A stretch of DNA of 64,000 bases from an uncultured Saprospiraceae bacterium (GTDB lineage: Bacteria > Bacteroidota > Bacteroidia > Chitinophagales > Saprospiraceae). Under the pieces are notes generated by a model. It saw only the letters and a program-made list of their open reading frames with translations, was not told where the DNA came from and searched no databases. Positions 41,100-51,831 of the stretch are shown piece by piece (within the stretch, counting starts at the first letter, position 1; each line of letters begins with the position of its first letter). The stretch lies in contig CALGNN010000087.1 in assembly GCA_937961455.1 (NCBI GenBank), positions 1-64,000 of the forward strand, written 5' to 3'. The position numbers and the translations under genes were made by a program.

Positions 41100-42079
41100 T
41101 TGATTTAGTGGAAAAACTTTTTAAAAATAGAATCATACTTTTTGGATCAGCCGCAATGATTTCGGCCCTCACTTTGATTTGTATTTTTACGCCTGAAGTA
41201 CTATTCTTAAAAAAATGGGCGGATTACACGGTGCAGATCATGCTGAGCTTTTTATTGTTAGGCATTTTTTTCCTTGCAATCAATAATAGGATTCTGATGT
41301 ACATCAGCTTTTTCTCATGCTGTTTGCTTTGTTTATTCCTTAAATCTTCCTCCTATGAGAATATCAGACTTGCATTAGATACACAACAACCTGAGATTTC
41401 TATAGTACATATCAATACTTCTAATTTTAAGGAAGATTTCATGTTGTCCATCAATCAACTGAGTAAAAAGGATGCAGACATCATTTCTTTTCAAGAGGTA
41501 AACCCTTACTGGAATAAAATCTTAAAGGAACAATTAAACAAAACATATCCTCATTTTATAGAGCTTACTAGAATTGATCCCTATGGAATGATTGTTTTTT
41601 CTAAGCATGATATCAATCGCTCTGACACCATATTCCATGAAAACATTCCAACGCTACATTTGACGATAGATATTGAAGGTGAAGAATTGATGGACCTATT
41701 TTGCATTCCTTCGATTCCGCCTGTGAGCAAGAATCACTATGAGAAAATGAAAGCGCATCTAAGCAATACTGCGAGATATATAACAAGGACCTATCAACCT
41801 ACACTTTCGTTTGGAGATCTCAATCTAGTTAGTTGGTCAAACGAAATAAGATCTTTTAGATCTCAAGCTGGGTTGAACGACAGTCGAAGATCCATTTCTT
41901 CTATTTCGGAAGAGAGTAACTTTTCATTTTTTAGAGTCCCTGTTGATCATATTTTCTTTTCTGATGAATTGGAATGCACAAAGTTTGTAGATATTTTTCA
42001 AGCAGACGAAACGCATTTAGGTATCTTTGGTACGTACCAATTTAAGAACAAGGATAAGTATGGTCAAATTCTTGAATAG
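41072..42079 (+). CDS. Membrane-anchored endonuclease/exonuclease/phosphatase (EEP) family protein
   Basis: 335 aa. 3-4 N-terminal TM helices, then EEP motifs (DIISFQEVN, SFGDLNLVSW, VPVDHIFFS). Overlaps the LTD gene by 28 nt. Confidence 0.6.
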   Translation: MLFGKNIGLIDLVEKLFKNRIILFGSAAMISALTLICIFTPEVLFLKKWADYTVQIMLSFLLLGIFFLAINNRILMYISFFSCCLLCLFLKSSSYENIRLALDTQQPEISIVHINTSNFKEDFMLSINQLSKKDADIISFQEVNPYWNKILKEQLNKTYPHFIELTRIDPYGMIVFSKHDINRSDTIFHENIPTLHLTIDIEGEELMDLFCIPSIPPVSKNHYEKMKAHLSNTARYITRTYQPTLSFGDLNLVSWSNEIRSFRSQAGLNDSRRSISSISEESNFSFFRVPVDHIFFSDELECTKFVDIFQADETHLGIFGTYQFKNKDKYGQILE

Positions 42080-42422
42080 TTTTAAATATGCCATAAAAGG
42101 CATCATCTTAAACTTTAAGGAAGAAGCAAATTTTCGATTTCATTGCTTTATGGCATTGCTGGTAATTGCAGCTTCTTTTTATCTTAAATTAGATACTTTG
42201 GAGTTTGCCATAGTTGGGATTTGTATTGGCTTGGTATTAGCCGCAGAAGCCATCAATACTTCTATAGAAAATCTGACAGATTTGGTATCACCAGAAAAAC
42301 ATGAGCTCGCTGCAAAAACTAAAGATTCCGCTGCGGCTGCAGTGTTGATTATTTCCATTGCAGCAGCTATAGTAGGTCTTATCATTTTCTTACCTAAATT
42401 GATTGCACTATTTAATGGTTGA
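42060..42422 (+). CDS. dgkA: Diacylglycerol kinase (DgkA) family protein
   Basis: About 120-aa, 3-TM protein with the DgkA signature (EANFRFH, AINTSIENLTDLVSPE, KDSAAAAVL). The ORF track starts at 42027, but MVKFLNSF at 42060 is more likely, overlapping the EEP gene by 20 nt. Confidence 0.7.
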   Translation: MVKFLNSFKYAIKGIILNFKEEANFRFHCFMALLVIAASFYLKLDTLEFAIVGICIGLVLAAEAINTSIENLTDLVSPEKHELAAKTKDSAAAAVLIISIAAAIVGLIIFLPKLIALFNG

Positions 42423-42864
42423 CGTACAAATCAAGCGATTCTCAGAACTGGACCAAAATGAGCTTTATGATATTCTGGCACTAAGACAGATGGTATTCGT
42501 CGTTGAGCAAAATTGTGTCTATTTAGATGCTGATAATAAAGATCAACAGAGTTGGCATTTAATGCTCAAGGACCAAGAAAAAATTGTGGCTTATGCCCGT
42601 CTAATTCCTAAAGATCTTGTTTATGAAGATCACACTTCTATAGGGAGAATACTTGTTCATCCAGATGCACGCAAACAGGGGCTTGGGAAAAAACTTACCA
42701 TAGAAAGCATTCAATTTTTATTAGACAACGACTTGAGTAGTCCCATTAAAATATCGGCTCAATTGTACCTAAAGGAATTTTATTCTAATCTCGGCTTTGT
42801 TGCACAAGGGGTATCCTATCTCGAAGATGGAATACCACATATTGCGATGACTTATAAAAGATGA
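42403..42864 (+). CDS. GNAT-family N-acetyltransferase (ElaA-like)
   Basis: 153 aa. The ElaA-type N-terminus (LSELDQNELYDILALRQMVFVVEQNCVYLDAD) and acetyl-CoA motif (RKQGLGKKL). TTG start overlapping the dgkA end. Confidence 0.6.
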   Translation: MHYLMVDVQIKRFSELDQNELYDILALRQMVFVVEQNCVYLDADNKDQQSWHLMLKDQEKIVAYARLIPKDLVYEDHTSIGRILVHPDARKQGLGKKLTIESIQFLLDNDLSSPIKISAQLYLKEFYSNLGFVAQGVSYLEDGIPHIAMTYKR

Positions 42865-42865
42865 T

Positions 42866-44296
42866 CTAAGGAAGAATGCTATCCTTAACCGTATCTAATA
42901 TTCTTCGGGTGGCCAGTCGATCTGGAGCTTCAGCATAAACTCTCAAGACGGGTTCTGTTCCAGAAGGTCTAATCATTACCCAGGTACCATCTTCAAAGTG
43001 AAATTTAAAGCCATCAATTTTTTCAACCTTCACCACAGTTAAAGGACCAAAAGCCGTGTAGGAATCATTTGCACATTGCTCTATAATGGATTGCTTTTTC
43101 TCTTCAGTCAATCTAAGGTCATCTCTTTCGAATGCAAAACCTCCAACTTTATCATAGACTTCATCAATAAGCTGTTTAAGACTCTTACCTGTTTTAGCCA
43201 TAAGTTCAAGGATCATAATACCAATCCAAATTCCATCTCTTTCTGGAATATGACCTTTCACAGCTAGACCTCCTGATTCTTCACCCCCGACAAGGATGTC
43301 TTCTTTGATCATGATCTCAGCAATATACTTAAAGCCTATTTTGGTGACTTCAATTTCAAGTCCATATAATTCAGCAAGCTTTTTCATTTTCTCTGTAACA
43401 GAAAATGTAATCACCACCTTTCCATTCAATTTTTTATGCTCGAATTGATAGAATAATAGTAAAAGTAAGATCCTATGGGAATCTACAAAATGGCCATCTT
43501 CATCAAACATTCCAATTCTATCCGCATCGCCATCATTTGCAATACCGATATGCACATCATCACGATCTGCTATATACTTTGATATTTCTATTAAGTTTTT
43601 CTCTATAGGCTCAGGCGCCTGACCCATGAAAGAAGGATTCTTTTCACAATGCAATAAATGCGCATCAGGAAAAAGACGTTTCATTCCATCTTGGCCCGCA
43701 CCATACATGGCATCATAAGCGATACCAATTCCTGAATTTTTAATAGCATCTAAATCAAAATTTTCTTCTACATGATCGATGTATACTTGTTCAAAATCTT
43801 GATATTCTACGACGCCAGATTCCAAAAGATCATTTACTTGAGGTGGCGCTATCATCGCAGTTTCAGGAATCAATTGTTCAATCGCTGCAATATCATTTGG
43901 AACTGTTGGTCCTCCAAATGAAGACTTTAATTTATAGCCATTGTAAGAAGCAGGATTGTGGCTCGCTGTGATGACTACACCCATATCTGATTTTGTCTTT
44001 ACGACACCTAAGGAAACCATTGGTGTAGAAATAATTCTATCACTTAATAATACTTTAATATTATAAGCTCCTATAACTGATGCTGTAGTCTCAGCAAACA
44101 TCTTCCCTCCAAATCTACAGTCGTATCCAATTACTACTTGCTTCATCCCATTAGCAACCATAAATTTTGCAGTTGCTTCAGCGACTCTTTTAACATTGTT
44201 GACGGTATATGATTCAGCTATTATTGCTCTCCATCCGTCTGTTCCAAATTTAATTTTCTTCATTTGCGGCCCATTATGTTTAGACAAAATTAGCAT
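42866..44296 (-). CDS. Phosphomannomutase/phosphoglucomutase (alpha-D-phosphohexomutase family)
   Basis: Active-site TASHNPASYNGYK, Mg site DGDADR, GEESGG sugar-binding loop. The likely start is MKKIKFGTDGWR at 44260. Confidence 0.8.
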   Translation of the reverse strand: MLILSKHNGPQMKKIKFGTDGWRAIIAESYTVNNVKRVAEATAKFMVANGMKQVVIGYDCRFGGKMFAETTASVIGAYNIKVLLSDRIISTPMVSLGVVKTKSDMGVVITASHNPASYNGYKLKSSFGGPTVPNDIAAIEQLIPETAMIAPPQVNDLLESGVVEYQDFEQVYIDHVEENFDLDAIKNSGIGIAYDAMYGAGQDGMKRLFPDAHLLHCEKNPSFMGQAPEPIEKNLIEISKYIADRDDVHIGIANDGDADRIGMFDEDGHFVDSHRILLLLLFYQFEHKKLNGKVVITFSVTEKMKKLAELYGLEIEVTKIGFKYIAEIMIKEDILVGGEESGGLAVKGHIPERDGIWIGIMILELMAKTGKSLKQLIDEVYDKVGGFAFERDDLRLTEEKKQSIIEQCANDSYTAFGPLTVVKVEKIDGFKFHFEDGTWVMIRPSGTEPVLRVYAEAPDRLATRRILDTVKDSILP

Positions 44297-44334
44297 TTAC
44301 TTTCAATTTTAAATATATTACAAAAAAATTTAAT

Positions 44335-44985
44335 ATGTTAGTTGATTCTTACCGGCATAAAGGCTTGCGTAAAAATCTAATCGATCACTTAAAAATTAAA
44401 GGCATAAAGGACGAAAATGTTCTCTTAGCCATGTCAAAGATTCCTCGCCACTTTTTCCTTGATCCGGCTTTTGATGAATGGGCTTATAAGGATCAAGCCT
44501 TTCCAATAAGTGAAAATCAAACCATTTCACAACCCTTGACTGTCGCCATTCAAAGCAGTCTCTTAGAAATAAAAAAAGGAGATAAAGTTTTAGAAATTGG
44601 GACTGGAAGTGGATATCAGGCTTGTGTATTGAGGGAGCTAGGTGCTAAAGTTTATACTATTGAAAGAATAGAAAAATTATTTCATAAGACGAATCAGCTC
44701 TTGCAGTTAATGGGCTATCAAAGCATTCGCACTTACCATAAGGATGGATATCAAGGATTACAATTATTCGCACCCTTTGATAAAATCATCGTTACTGCTG
44801 GAGCAAATCAAATTCCAGAAAAATTAAAAGCTCAGCTTAAAGTAGGTGGATATCTTGTCATCCCAAGTGGAAAGGGAGACATCAAAACCATGATCAGACT
44901 CAAAAAAATATCGGAAACCAACTTCATTACTGAGAATTTTGGTGATTTCCGATTTGTTCCTTTTAAAGAAGGTGTAGTTACTTAG
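44335..44985 (+). CDS. pcm: Protein-L-isoaspartate O-methyltransferase
   Basis: 216 aa. PIMT motifs (QTISQPLTVA, VLEIGTGSGYQACVL). Confidence 0.85.
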   Translation: MLVDSYRHKGLRKNLIDHLKIKGIKDENVLLAMSKIPRHFFLDPAFDEWAYKDQAFPISENQTISQPLTVAIQSSLLEIKKGDKVLEIGTGSGYQACVLRELGAKVYTIERIEKLFHKTNQLLQLMGYQSIRTYHKDGYQGLQLFAPFDKIIVTAGANQIPEKLKAQLKVGGYLVIPSGKGDIKTMIRLKKISETNFITENFGDFRFVPFKEGVVT

Positions 44986-45518
44986 TTTATCTTCCTTCCC
45001 TCTGCTACTTTAGTTTTATAACTTGCTTGAGAAATTTTCTTCAGGTCCACCATTAGGGCTGCATAAGCACTTTCAGATGAGGTTTGATATATGTCATTAT
45101 CATAACTGACTTTACCTGTTTGTCGATTCCAATCTTTAGCTAATAAAACGTATCGATCATCTGCTCTTGGATTAGGCCCAAAAATCAAATACCGATCATC
45201 GGTTTCTTCAAAACTTACCGCAAAGCGATCATCTTTAGGTAAAAATATCAATACACCTGGAGTTCCTTTTTTAAATACAATTTCTTCTACTTCTCTTCCA
45301 TTTCTGATCTTTATTTTTCCTCCATCAATGATCTTAGTACCCTTCTTAATTTCTTTGAATAAAACAATATCTCTTGATAAGAAGAATTGCACATGCTTCA
45401 ATTCTTTTTCTGAGAATCTATACTCATCATAAATATCTTGAGTGAATGGGCTAAGAGAAGGTGCGCATGAACTTGCAAAAACAACTAAGGCTAAGTATAA
45501 AATGATTTTGGCTTTCAT
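44982..45518 (-). CDS. Hypothetical lipoprotein
   Basis: 178 aa. Lipobox FASSC. No recognisable domain. Confidence 0.35.
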   Translation of the reverse strand: MKAKIILYLALVVFASSCAPSLSPFTQDIYDEYRFSEKELKHVQFFLSRDIVLFKEIKKGTKIIDGGKIKIRNGREVEEIVFKKGTPGVLIFLPKDDRFAVSFEETDDRYLIFGPNPRADDRYVLLAKDWNRQTGKVSYDNDIYQTSSESAYAALMVDLKKISQASYKTKVAEGRKIN

Positions 45519-45632
45519 CTGTCTGGATTTTTCACCAATCTAACAGATTAGAAAGCGGGATTCAAGAACTTTAAAACTGTTTAACAAAGAGGTTAATAAT
45601 ATCTAAAGAGAATTATTGATAAGTAATATTGA

Positions 45633-46082
45633 TTAAGTAAGGCGCTTTTGTTCAAAAAAAGTCTTGAGTAAGTGCTGACATTCATCATGCATCACTCCAA
45701 ATTCAACCTTAGTTTTTGGGTGAAGTAATTCCTTGCCATAACGCATAAAACCTGATTTTTCGTCAGATGCTCCATAAACAATTCTTCCAATTTGAGACCA
45801 CCTTAAAGCTCCGGCACACATCACACAGGGTTCAAGGGTGACATACAGAGTACAAGTCGGCAAATATTTTGAACCCAGAAAATTAAAGGCCGAGGTAAGC
45901 GCTATCATTTCTGCATGAGCCGTCACATCGTTTAAAACTTCTGTATTATTTGAAGCTCTAGCAATAATTTGTTCTTTAGAAACAATGACTGCGCCTACAG
46001 GTATTTCGCCTGCCTCCATAGCCATTTTAGCCTCCTTTAAAGCAATGGCCATAAAATAAGTATCTCCTAACAATTCTGACAT
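45633..46082 (-). CDS. tadA: tRNA adenosine(34) deaminase
   Basis: CDA zinc motifs HAEMIAL and PCVMCAGAL. Confidence 0.85.
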   Translation of the reverse strand: MSELLGDTYFMAIALKEAKMAMEAGEIPVGAVIVSKEQIIARASNNTEVLNDVTAHAEMIALTSAFNFLGSKYLPTCTLYVTLEPCVMCAGALRWSQIGRIVYGASDEKSGFMRYGKELLHPKTKVEFGVMHDECQHLLKTFFEQKRLT

Positions 46083-46137
46083 TCAAAAAATCTTTACATC
46101 CAAAATAAAAAAATATGCGGAGGACTTTACTGATTAA

Positions 46138-47640
46138 ATGAAATGCCTATCTTTGCGCATGGAAAAGATAAATTCTAGAAAGCCCGATCTCGGTATTGAA
46201 TCCCTTACATTTGATGACATCTTACTGGAACCCGCCTACTCGGAGGTCCTTCCAAGAGAGGTTGACATTTCAACAAAAATCACCACTGACATTGAATTAA
46301 AAGCACCAATTGTATCTGCAGCGATGGATACAGTGACCGAAAGTGCCTTAAGTATTTCGATCTCAAGACAAGGTGGAATAGGAATCATCCATAAAAATAT
46401 GAGCATTGAAGCTCAAGCTGATGAAGTAAAGAGAGTTAAAAGATCTGAAAGTGGTATGATCATAGATCCAGTGACCCTTAAAGAATCAGCTATAGTCGCT
46501 GATGCACTGGCGCTGATGAAAAGGTATAAAATCGGTGGTATCCCAATAGTTGATAACAACAATATATTGATTGGTATTTTAACCAATAGAGATTTGCGTT
46601 TTGAAAAAAACCTTCAACGCCCTGTGAAAGAAATCATGACCACGGAAAATCTGATTACCGTAGGCGTAGGGACAACCTTAGAACAAGCAAAAGAAATTCT
46701 CCAAGTCAATAAAATAGAAAAATTACCTGTTGTAAATAGTAGCAACCATTTAGAAGGTCTCATTACATATAAAGACATCTTAAAACTTGAGGATTACCCT
46801 AATTCTTGTAAGGATCATCTTGGAAGACTTGTCGTCGGAGCAGCTGTTGGAGTAACGGCTGATACCCAAGATCGTGTTGAAGCCTTGGTAGCAAATGATG
46901 TAGATGTCATTATTGTCGATACCGCACATGGTCATAGCAAGGGCGTTTTAGACATGATTAAAAAATTACGGAAGGAATTTCCTGATTTACAAATTATTGG
47001 TGGCAATGTAGCTACAGGCGCAGGTGCTTTAGCGCTCGCTGAGGCTGGTGTCAACGGAGTAAAGGTTGGAATTGGACCTGGTAGTATTTGTACAACCCGA
47101 ATTGTCGCAGGCGTAGGTGTCCCACAATTGTCAGCTATTTATAGGGCTGCAACAGCCTTAAAAAATACAGGCATACCGATTATCGCGGATGGGGGAATCA
47201 GATTCACTGGTGACATTGCTAAGGCGATTGCTGCAGGAGCATCAAGCATCATGGCAGGTTCCTTATTTGCAGGAGTAGAAGAAGCTCCTGGCGAAACGGT
47301 TTTATATGAAGGAAGAAAATTCAAAGTATACCGAGGCATGGGATCTATGGGTGCTATGCAAAAAGGATCAAAAGATCGATATTTTCAAGATGCTGAAGAT
47401 GATATCAAGAAATTGGTTCCAGAAGGAATTGAAGGTCGAGTGCCATTTAAAGGAACGCTCCAAGAAGTCATGGTTCAATACTTAGGTGGTTTGAGAGCAA
47501 GTATGGGCTACTGTGGAGCTAAAGACATCAAAGATTTGCAGAATGCCAGCTATGTCAAAATAACCAATGCCGGAATCATGGAAAGTCACCCACATCATAT
47601 TACGATTACTAAAGAATCACCAAATTATAGTATGAGATAA
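46138..47640 (+). CDS. guaB: IMP dehydrogenase
   Basis: TIM-barrel IMPDH motifs ([11 protein letters not shown], catalytic Cys loop), a CBS pair, and the N-terminal [10 protein letters not shown]. The likely start is MEKI at 46159. Confidence 0.9.
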   Translation: MKCLSLRMEKINSRKPDLGIESLTFDDILLEPAYSEVLPREVDISTKITTDIELKAPIVSAAMDTVTESALSISISRQGGIGIIHKNMSIEAQADEVKRVKRSESGMIIDPVTLKESAIVADALALMKRYKIGGIPIVDNNNILIGILTNRDLRFEKNLQRPVKEIMTTENLITVGVGTTLEQAKEILQVNKIEKLPVVNSSNHLEGLITYKDILKLEDYPNSCKDHLGRLVVGAAVGVTADTQDRVEALVANDVDVIIVDTAHGHSKGVLDMIKKLRKEFPDLQIIGGNVATGAGALALAEAGVNGVKVGIGPGSICTTRIVAGVGVPQLSAIYRAATALKNTGIPIIADGGIRFTGDIAKAIAAGASSIMAGSLFAGVEEAPGETVLYEGRKFKVYRGMGSMGAMQKGSKDRYFQDAEDDIKKLVPEGIEGRVPFKGTLQEVMVQYLGGLRASMGYCGAKDIKDLQNASYVKITNAGIMESHPHHITITKESPNYSMR

Positions 47641-47747
47641 AAGATTTTTATATATTTGGGCTCTTAATTTGCGATTTAGCAATTCCCCCCGCACCTACTT
47701 ATTCTATTTCACCCATTTATTTTTGAATTAATAAAGCATTAAAATCA

Positions 47748-48713
47748 ATGATTATTAGGAATTTAAGCCTAATTCTAGGCGTTCTCATGTTCCCCTTGAG
47801 TAATATTTTTTCACAAGACGTAACATTTCGAATAAACCCAACAGCAACTGTAGATTGCAGCACAGAACAAATTTGTTATGATATCGAAGCTCACAGTTCT
47901 GCGGCAAACACAGAACTAACCGACTTAAATTTGCGGTTACTTTTCGATGACAATCTATTTGACTATTCTATTGTTAGAAACCCAGACCCACTTTATTCAT
48001 TAAACATTCAAAATGAAATCTTAGTAACAGGTTCTTGGGGCATGGACAATTTAAATTTTGTTGGAGAAGTTTGGTATTTAGCAGCAGGTTTATCAAAAAC
48101 TGGATCAGAAGGCACAATTTTAGCCGTTGGTCCTCTTGACTGGACCTACATAGCTGAAGTATGTGTAAGTACCGATGATCCAATTGATCAAATGGTAAAT
48201 GCATGTCCGATCATTTTGTTTGATGAACTACCCAACGGAGATGGCATTGTTGGAGGTAGCGGAGTAGAAGCTATCGTCGACATGGGAAATGGTGGTCTTC
48301 CTGTTCAAAACGAATACGTAATTAACTTAAACTACGACACCAACAGTGATACAAGTCCTTTTGGCGATTTGTTCATCACTGAATGTATTGATCCTGCATG
48401 TGATGGAGTTTGTGCAGATTCATTATTCTTATTTCAGCCTGCAACACAAAGTGAGTATGCTGGTGTATATATTGAATCAAGTTCTAATGTTCCAAACAGT
48501 TTTACCGGAGAATACATCGCTGGAGATAAAATCCAATTATTAGGTGGATTTGAAGTTGAGCTTGGAGCGAGTATTTACATAGGAATCGGACTTTGCGTTC
48601 CTCCATCTTTTGAAGAAGATCAACCAAATAATCTTCAGTCTGACCAAAGTCTTCGAAGTGTCCAGGAAGCTGTTAAAGTTTTGGATGCAAATAGCTTTTC
48701 GCCTAATAAATAA
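47748..48713 (+). CDS. Hypothetical secreted Cys-containing protein
   Basis: 321 aa, signal peptide, no recognisable domain. Followed by a strong terminator. Confidence 0.4.
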   Translation: MIIRNLSLILGVLMFPLSNIFSQDVTFRINPTATVDCSTEQICYDIEAHSSAANTELTDLNLRLLFDDNLFDYSIVRNPDPLYSLNIQNEILVTGSWGMDNLNFVGEVWYLAAGLSKTGSEGTILAVGPLDWTYIAEVCVSTDDPIDQMVNACPIILFDELPNGDGIVGGSGVEAIVDMGNGGLPVQNEYVINLNYDTNSDTSPFGDLFITECIDPACDGVCADSLFLFQPATQSEYAGVYIESSSNVPNSFTGEYIAGDKIQLLGGFEVELGASIYIGIGLCVPPSFEEDQPNNLQSDQSLRSVQEAVKVLDANSFSPNK

Positions 48714-48753
48714 GGCAGTATTCTAAAGAAATTTACTTAAAGCATTATTTTAA

Positions 48754-48801
48754 AAAAGTACTTTCCGTAGCAACGATCTTGCTAGGGAAGGTACTTTTTA
48801 C
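48754..48801 (+). terminator. Intrinsic terminator (long nested hairpin)
   Basis: AAAAGTACTTTCCGTAGCAA-CGATC-TTGCTAGGGAAGGTACTTTTT forms a ~20-bp near-perfect hairpin, followed by TTTTTA. Confidence 0.7.
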
Positions 48802-48982
48802 GTTATTGAAAGATCTATATAGAATTTTATACCTTAGATTTGATGATAAATCCTCATTAATTTAGTAGCAAAAACAGCAATTTTTCTCGTTCATTCAAAT
48901 GATATTAAATTATTCTTAAAATTGAGTTTTATCAAATGAACTCTAGCTTTGATACGTATATTAATTAGGAATATTCTTATTT

Positions 48983-50245
48983 ATGAAAAACTTACTTAGC
49001 ATAGTAGTCCTTTTGCTTTTTAGTAGCTCCATCTATAGTCAATATGATGATGTACTGTTCAGGGATCATATATATGTTACGAATATAAAATCTGTAAAGC
49101 TCTATCTAAATGGATCCTTCCTTTCCAATCCAATTTTAGACCTAAAGGAACGCGCAAAACTCTTATTAGAATTTGATGATATTGATGGGGATGTTAAAGA
49201 CTATACTTACAGTTTTGTGCATTGCAATAAAGATTGGCAGCCTTCTGAATTAAATTACAATGAATATGCCAATGGATTTGATGAAGAAGAAATAAGAAAT
49301 TTTGAAACCTCTGGATATACGCAACAAGATTATACACACTATGAATTGTTATTCCCCAATGATGAATTTTCATTTAGGGTGTCTGGAAATTTTTTACTGA
49401 TTATCTATGAGGATGAAGCGGAAAAAATACCCGTTATAACGAAAAGACTTATGGTAGTGGATAAGATCTTAGGCATTAATGCTAAGGTGGTTCCTCCACG
49501 TATGGTTGACAAATTTAATACCCATCAAGAAATTGATGTAAACCTGAATATAGAGAATACGACTATCAATAATCCTTATGAAGATATAAGCATTTCAATT
49601 CTTCAAAATGGAAGATGGGATAAGGCTATTGAAAATATCTATCCAAATAGAGTAAATGGTGATTTATTGCTTTTTGAATATGTGGATAAATTGGTTTTTC
49701 CTGGAGGAAAAGAATTTAGGAATGTCGATTTAAGAAGCATCACGGCAGGCACCGAGGATATGATTGATATTAAAAGATACACAGATGGTTATTCTGTGGT
49801 ACTCAAACAGCAGACGCCCAGAACCTATCAAGATTTTTTCTCCGAACCAGATATAAACGGAAAATTCATACTAGACAATTTTGAATTTAAAGGAAGTAAA
49901 ACCAAAGGGGAATATGCCAGAGTGCTTTTCTCTTTGATGAAAAACGAACCCTATCAAGATAAGGATGTCTATCTCTTTGGAGAATTTACGGATTGGGAAA
50001 TTCATGAAGATTTCAAGATGGTATATGATACTCGTGTGAATGGTTATCTAGCTGAAATTACTCTGAAACAAGGCTTTTATGACTACATATTTGCAAGTTC
50101 TTCAGATGGTATTAATGCGGATGAAAGTCAAATTGAAGGAAATTGGTATGAAACCTCTAATGACTATTTAGTGCTCGTTTATCATAGACCTTTTGGTGCT
50201 CGGTATGATCATCTAGTCGGTGCATTTACCGCAAGTTCTCAGTAA
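48983..50245 (+). CDS. DUF5103-like protein (PF17116-type T9SS plug-like)
   Basis: 420 aa. Signal peptide, beta-rich, with the C-terminal pattern YDYIFASS...EGNWYETSNDYLVLVYHRP resembling DUF5103/T9SS_plug proteins. This is a recognition-based call. Confidence 0.4.
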   Translation: MKNLLSIVVLLLFSSSIYSQYDDVLFRDHIYVTNIKSVKLYLNGSFLSNPILDLKERAKLLLEFDDIDGDVKDYTYSFVHCNKDWQPSELNYNEYANGFDEEEIRNFETSGYTQQDYTHYELLFPNDEFSFRVSGNFLLIIYEDEAEKIPVITKRLMVVDKILGINAKVVPPRMVDKFNTHQEIDVNLNIENTTINNPYEDISISILQNGRWDKAIENIYPNRVNGDLLLFEYVDKLVFPGGKEFRNVDLRSITAGTEDMIDIKRYTDGYSVVLKQQTPRTYQDFFSEPDINGKFILDNFEFKGSKTKGEYARVLFSLMKNEPYQDKDVYLFGEFTDWEIHEDFKMVYDTRVNGYLAEITLKQGFYDYIFASSSDGINADESQIEGNWYETSNDYLVLVYHRPFGARYDHLVGAFTASSQ

Positions 50246-50363
50246 TTAACTACTCAAATCGCTTTCGAGGTAGTTTTTATCCGCTACTTCATTGATTTCA
50301 TATAAATAATAGAATCATTTAACTTGTAATAGTTATAATTGACATTGTTATTATTTTTAAAAC

Positions 50364-51800
50364 ATGAAATCCAAATCAACACCTTTTTTTATACTAGCAT
50401 TACTCCTTTCCAGTATTGGATTTAATTCAATTTCTGCACAGGAGATTTGGACACTTGAACGATGTGTAAATTATGCACTGGAAAACAGTCTAGATATCCA
50501 AAATGCAAAAATTCAAGTTGAGCAACAATTGCTCAATAATAAGGATGCGAAATATGCACAATATCCAAGTGTGAATGGATCATTTGGTCTGAATCAAAAT
50601 TTAGGAAATGCCATTGACCCTACTAAAAATACCTTTGAAAGCTCCTTTACCTCAAACACCTTTGGGATCAATAGTAGCATTCCTATCTACAACCATTTTA
50701 AACTTAAAAATCAAATTAACCAATCCAAATTAATTTTGGAGGCCGTAGAATCTGAGGCTAAAGCAACAGCAAATGATTTGGCTTTGAATGTGGCCTTATC
50801 TTATCTAAATGTGCTCTTTGCCAAAGAGAATCTGAAAGTGGCTCAAAATCAACTAGAGCTCAACCAAGCTCAACTTAAACAAATAAATATTTTAATTGAT
50901 GCGGGATCGAATCCTCGGAGTGAACGCTTAGATGTAGAAGCACAAATTGCCATGAGCGAAGGAGAAATTATAGCTCGTGAAAATGAGTATGATATCAATC
51001 TATTGAGCCTTAAACAACTACTGCTGCTGGATCCCAATATCAATATGGTTGTTGAGACTCCAGAAGTCCCTATGCCAGATTTAAATATTGCAGTGAATAC
51101 AGATTTCAATAATATATATGAGCAAGCATTAAAAACACAGCCTTTAGTTGATGCTTATAATGCCAGACTCAAATCAGCATTATTAGATGTAGATATTGCC
51201 GAAGCAGATTTGTATCCCTCTGTATTTTTTGGTTTAGGTATGAATACGCAATATTCATCAGTAGCACTTAGACCCACTGGAGAATCTTTTCGAGTTGAAG
51301 AACGCTATCAACTGGTCATTAATAATCTATTAGAAGATGTCATCAGGCCAATAGATCTACCATTCACAGAAAACACTCCCTACTTCAATCAAATAGGAAA
51401 CAACTTTGGTGTTGGACTTGGTTTTAGCGCAAACATTCCCATCTTCAATGGCTATAGAGCCAGGACCAATATTGAGAGAGCTAAACTCAACATAGCCAAT
51501 GTCGAGAATCAAGCTGAAACCTACCGTCAACAATTAAAAGCAGACATTCAAAATGCCATTGCTAATGGAAGAGCAGCTCAGAAAACCTTAGAAGCTAGAC
51601 AAAAAACAGTGGCCGCTATGGAATTAGCCATGACCAATGCTGAAAAAAGATACAGTGTTGGCGCTATGAATACTTACGAGTTTATTACTGCAAAAAATCA
51701 GCTACAAGAAGCACAAACACAAGTCATCATTGCAAAATATGACTACATATTTAAATTGAAAGTGATTGACTTTTATTTAGGAAAACCCATTAAACTATAA
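50364..51800 (+). CDS. TolC-family outer-membrane efflux protein
   Basis: 478 aa. Signal peptide, two repeated coiled-coil/beta-barrel halves, and the ERCVNYALENSLDIQNAK N-terminal TolC signature. Confidence 0.75.
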   Translation: MKSKSTPFFILALLLSSIGFNSISAQEIWTLERCVNYALENSLDIQNAKIQVEQQLLNNKDAKYAQYPSVNGSFGLNQNLGNAIDPTKNTFESSFTSNTFGINSSIPIYNHFKLKNQINQSKLILEAVESEAKATANDLALNVALSYLNVLFAKENLKVAQNQLELNQAQLKQINILIDAGSNPRSERLDVEAQIAMSEGEIIARENEYDINLLSLKQLLLLDPNINMVVETPEVPMPDLNIAVNTDFNNIYEQALKTQPLVDAYNARLKSALLDVDIAEADLYPSVFFGLGMNTQYSSVALRPTGESFRVEERYQLVINNLLEDVIRPIDLPFTENTPYFNQIGNNFGVGLGFSANIPIFNGYRARTNIERAKLNIANVENQAETYRQQLKADIQNAIANGRAAQKTLEARQKTVAAMELAMTNAEKRYSVGAMNTYEFITAKNQLQEAQTQVIIAKYDYIFKLKVIDFYLGKPIKL

Positions 51801-51831
51801 CTGTCTTTTTGTAAGACAAATTCGAAGCACT

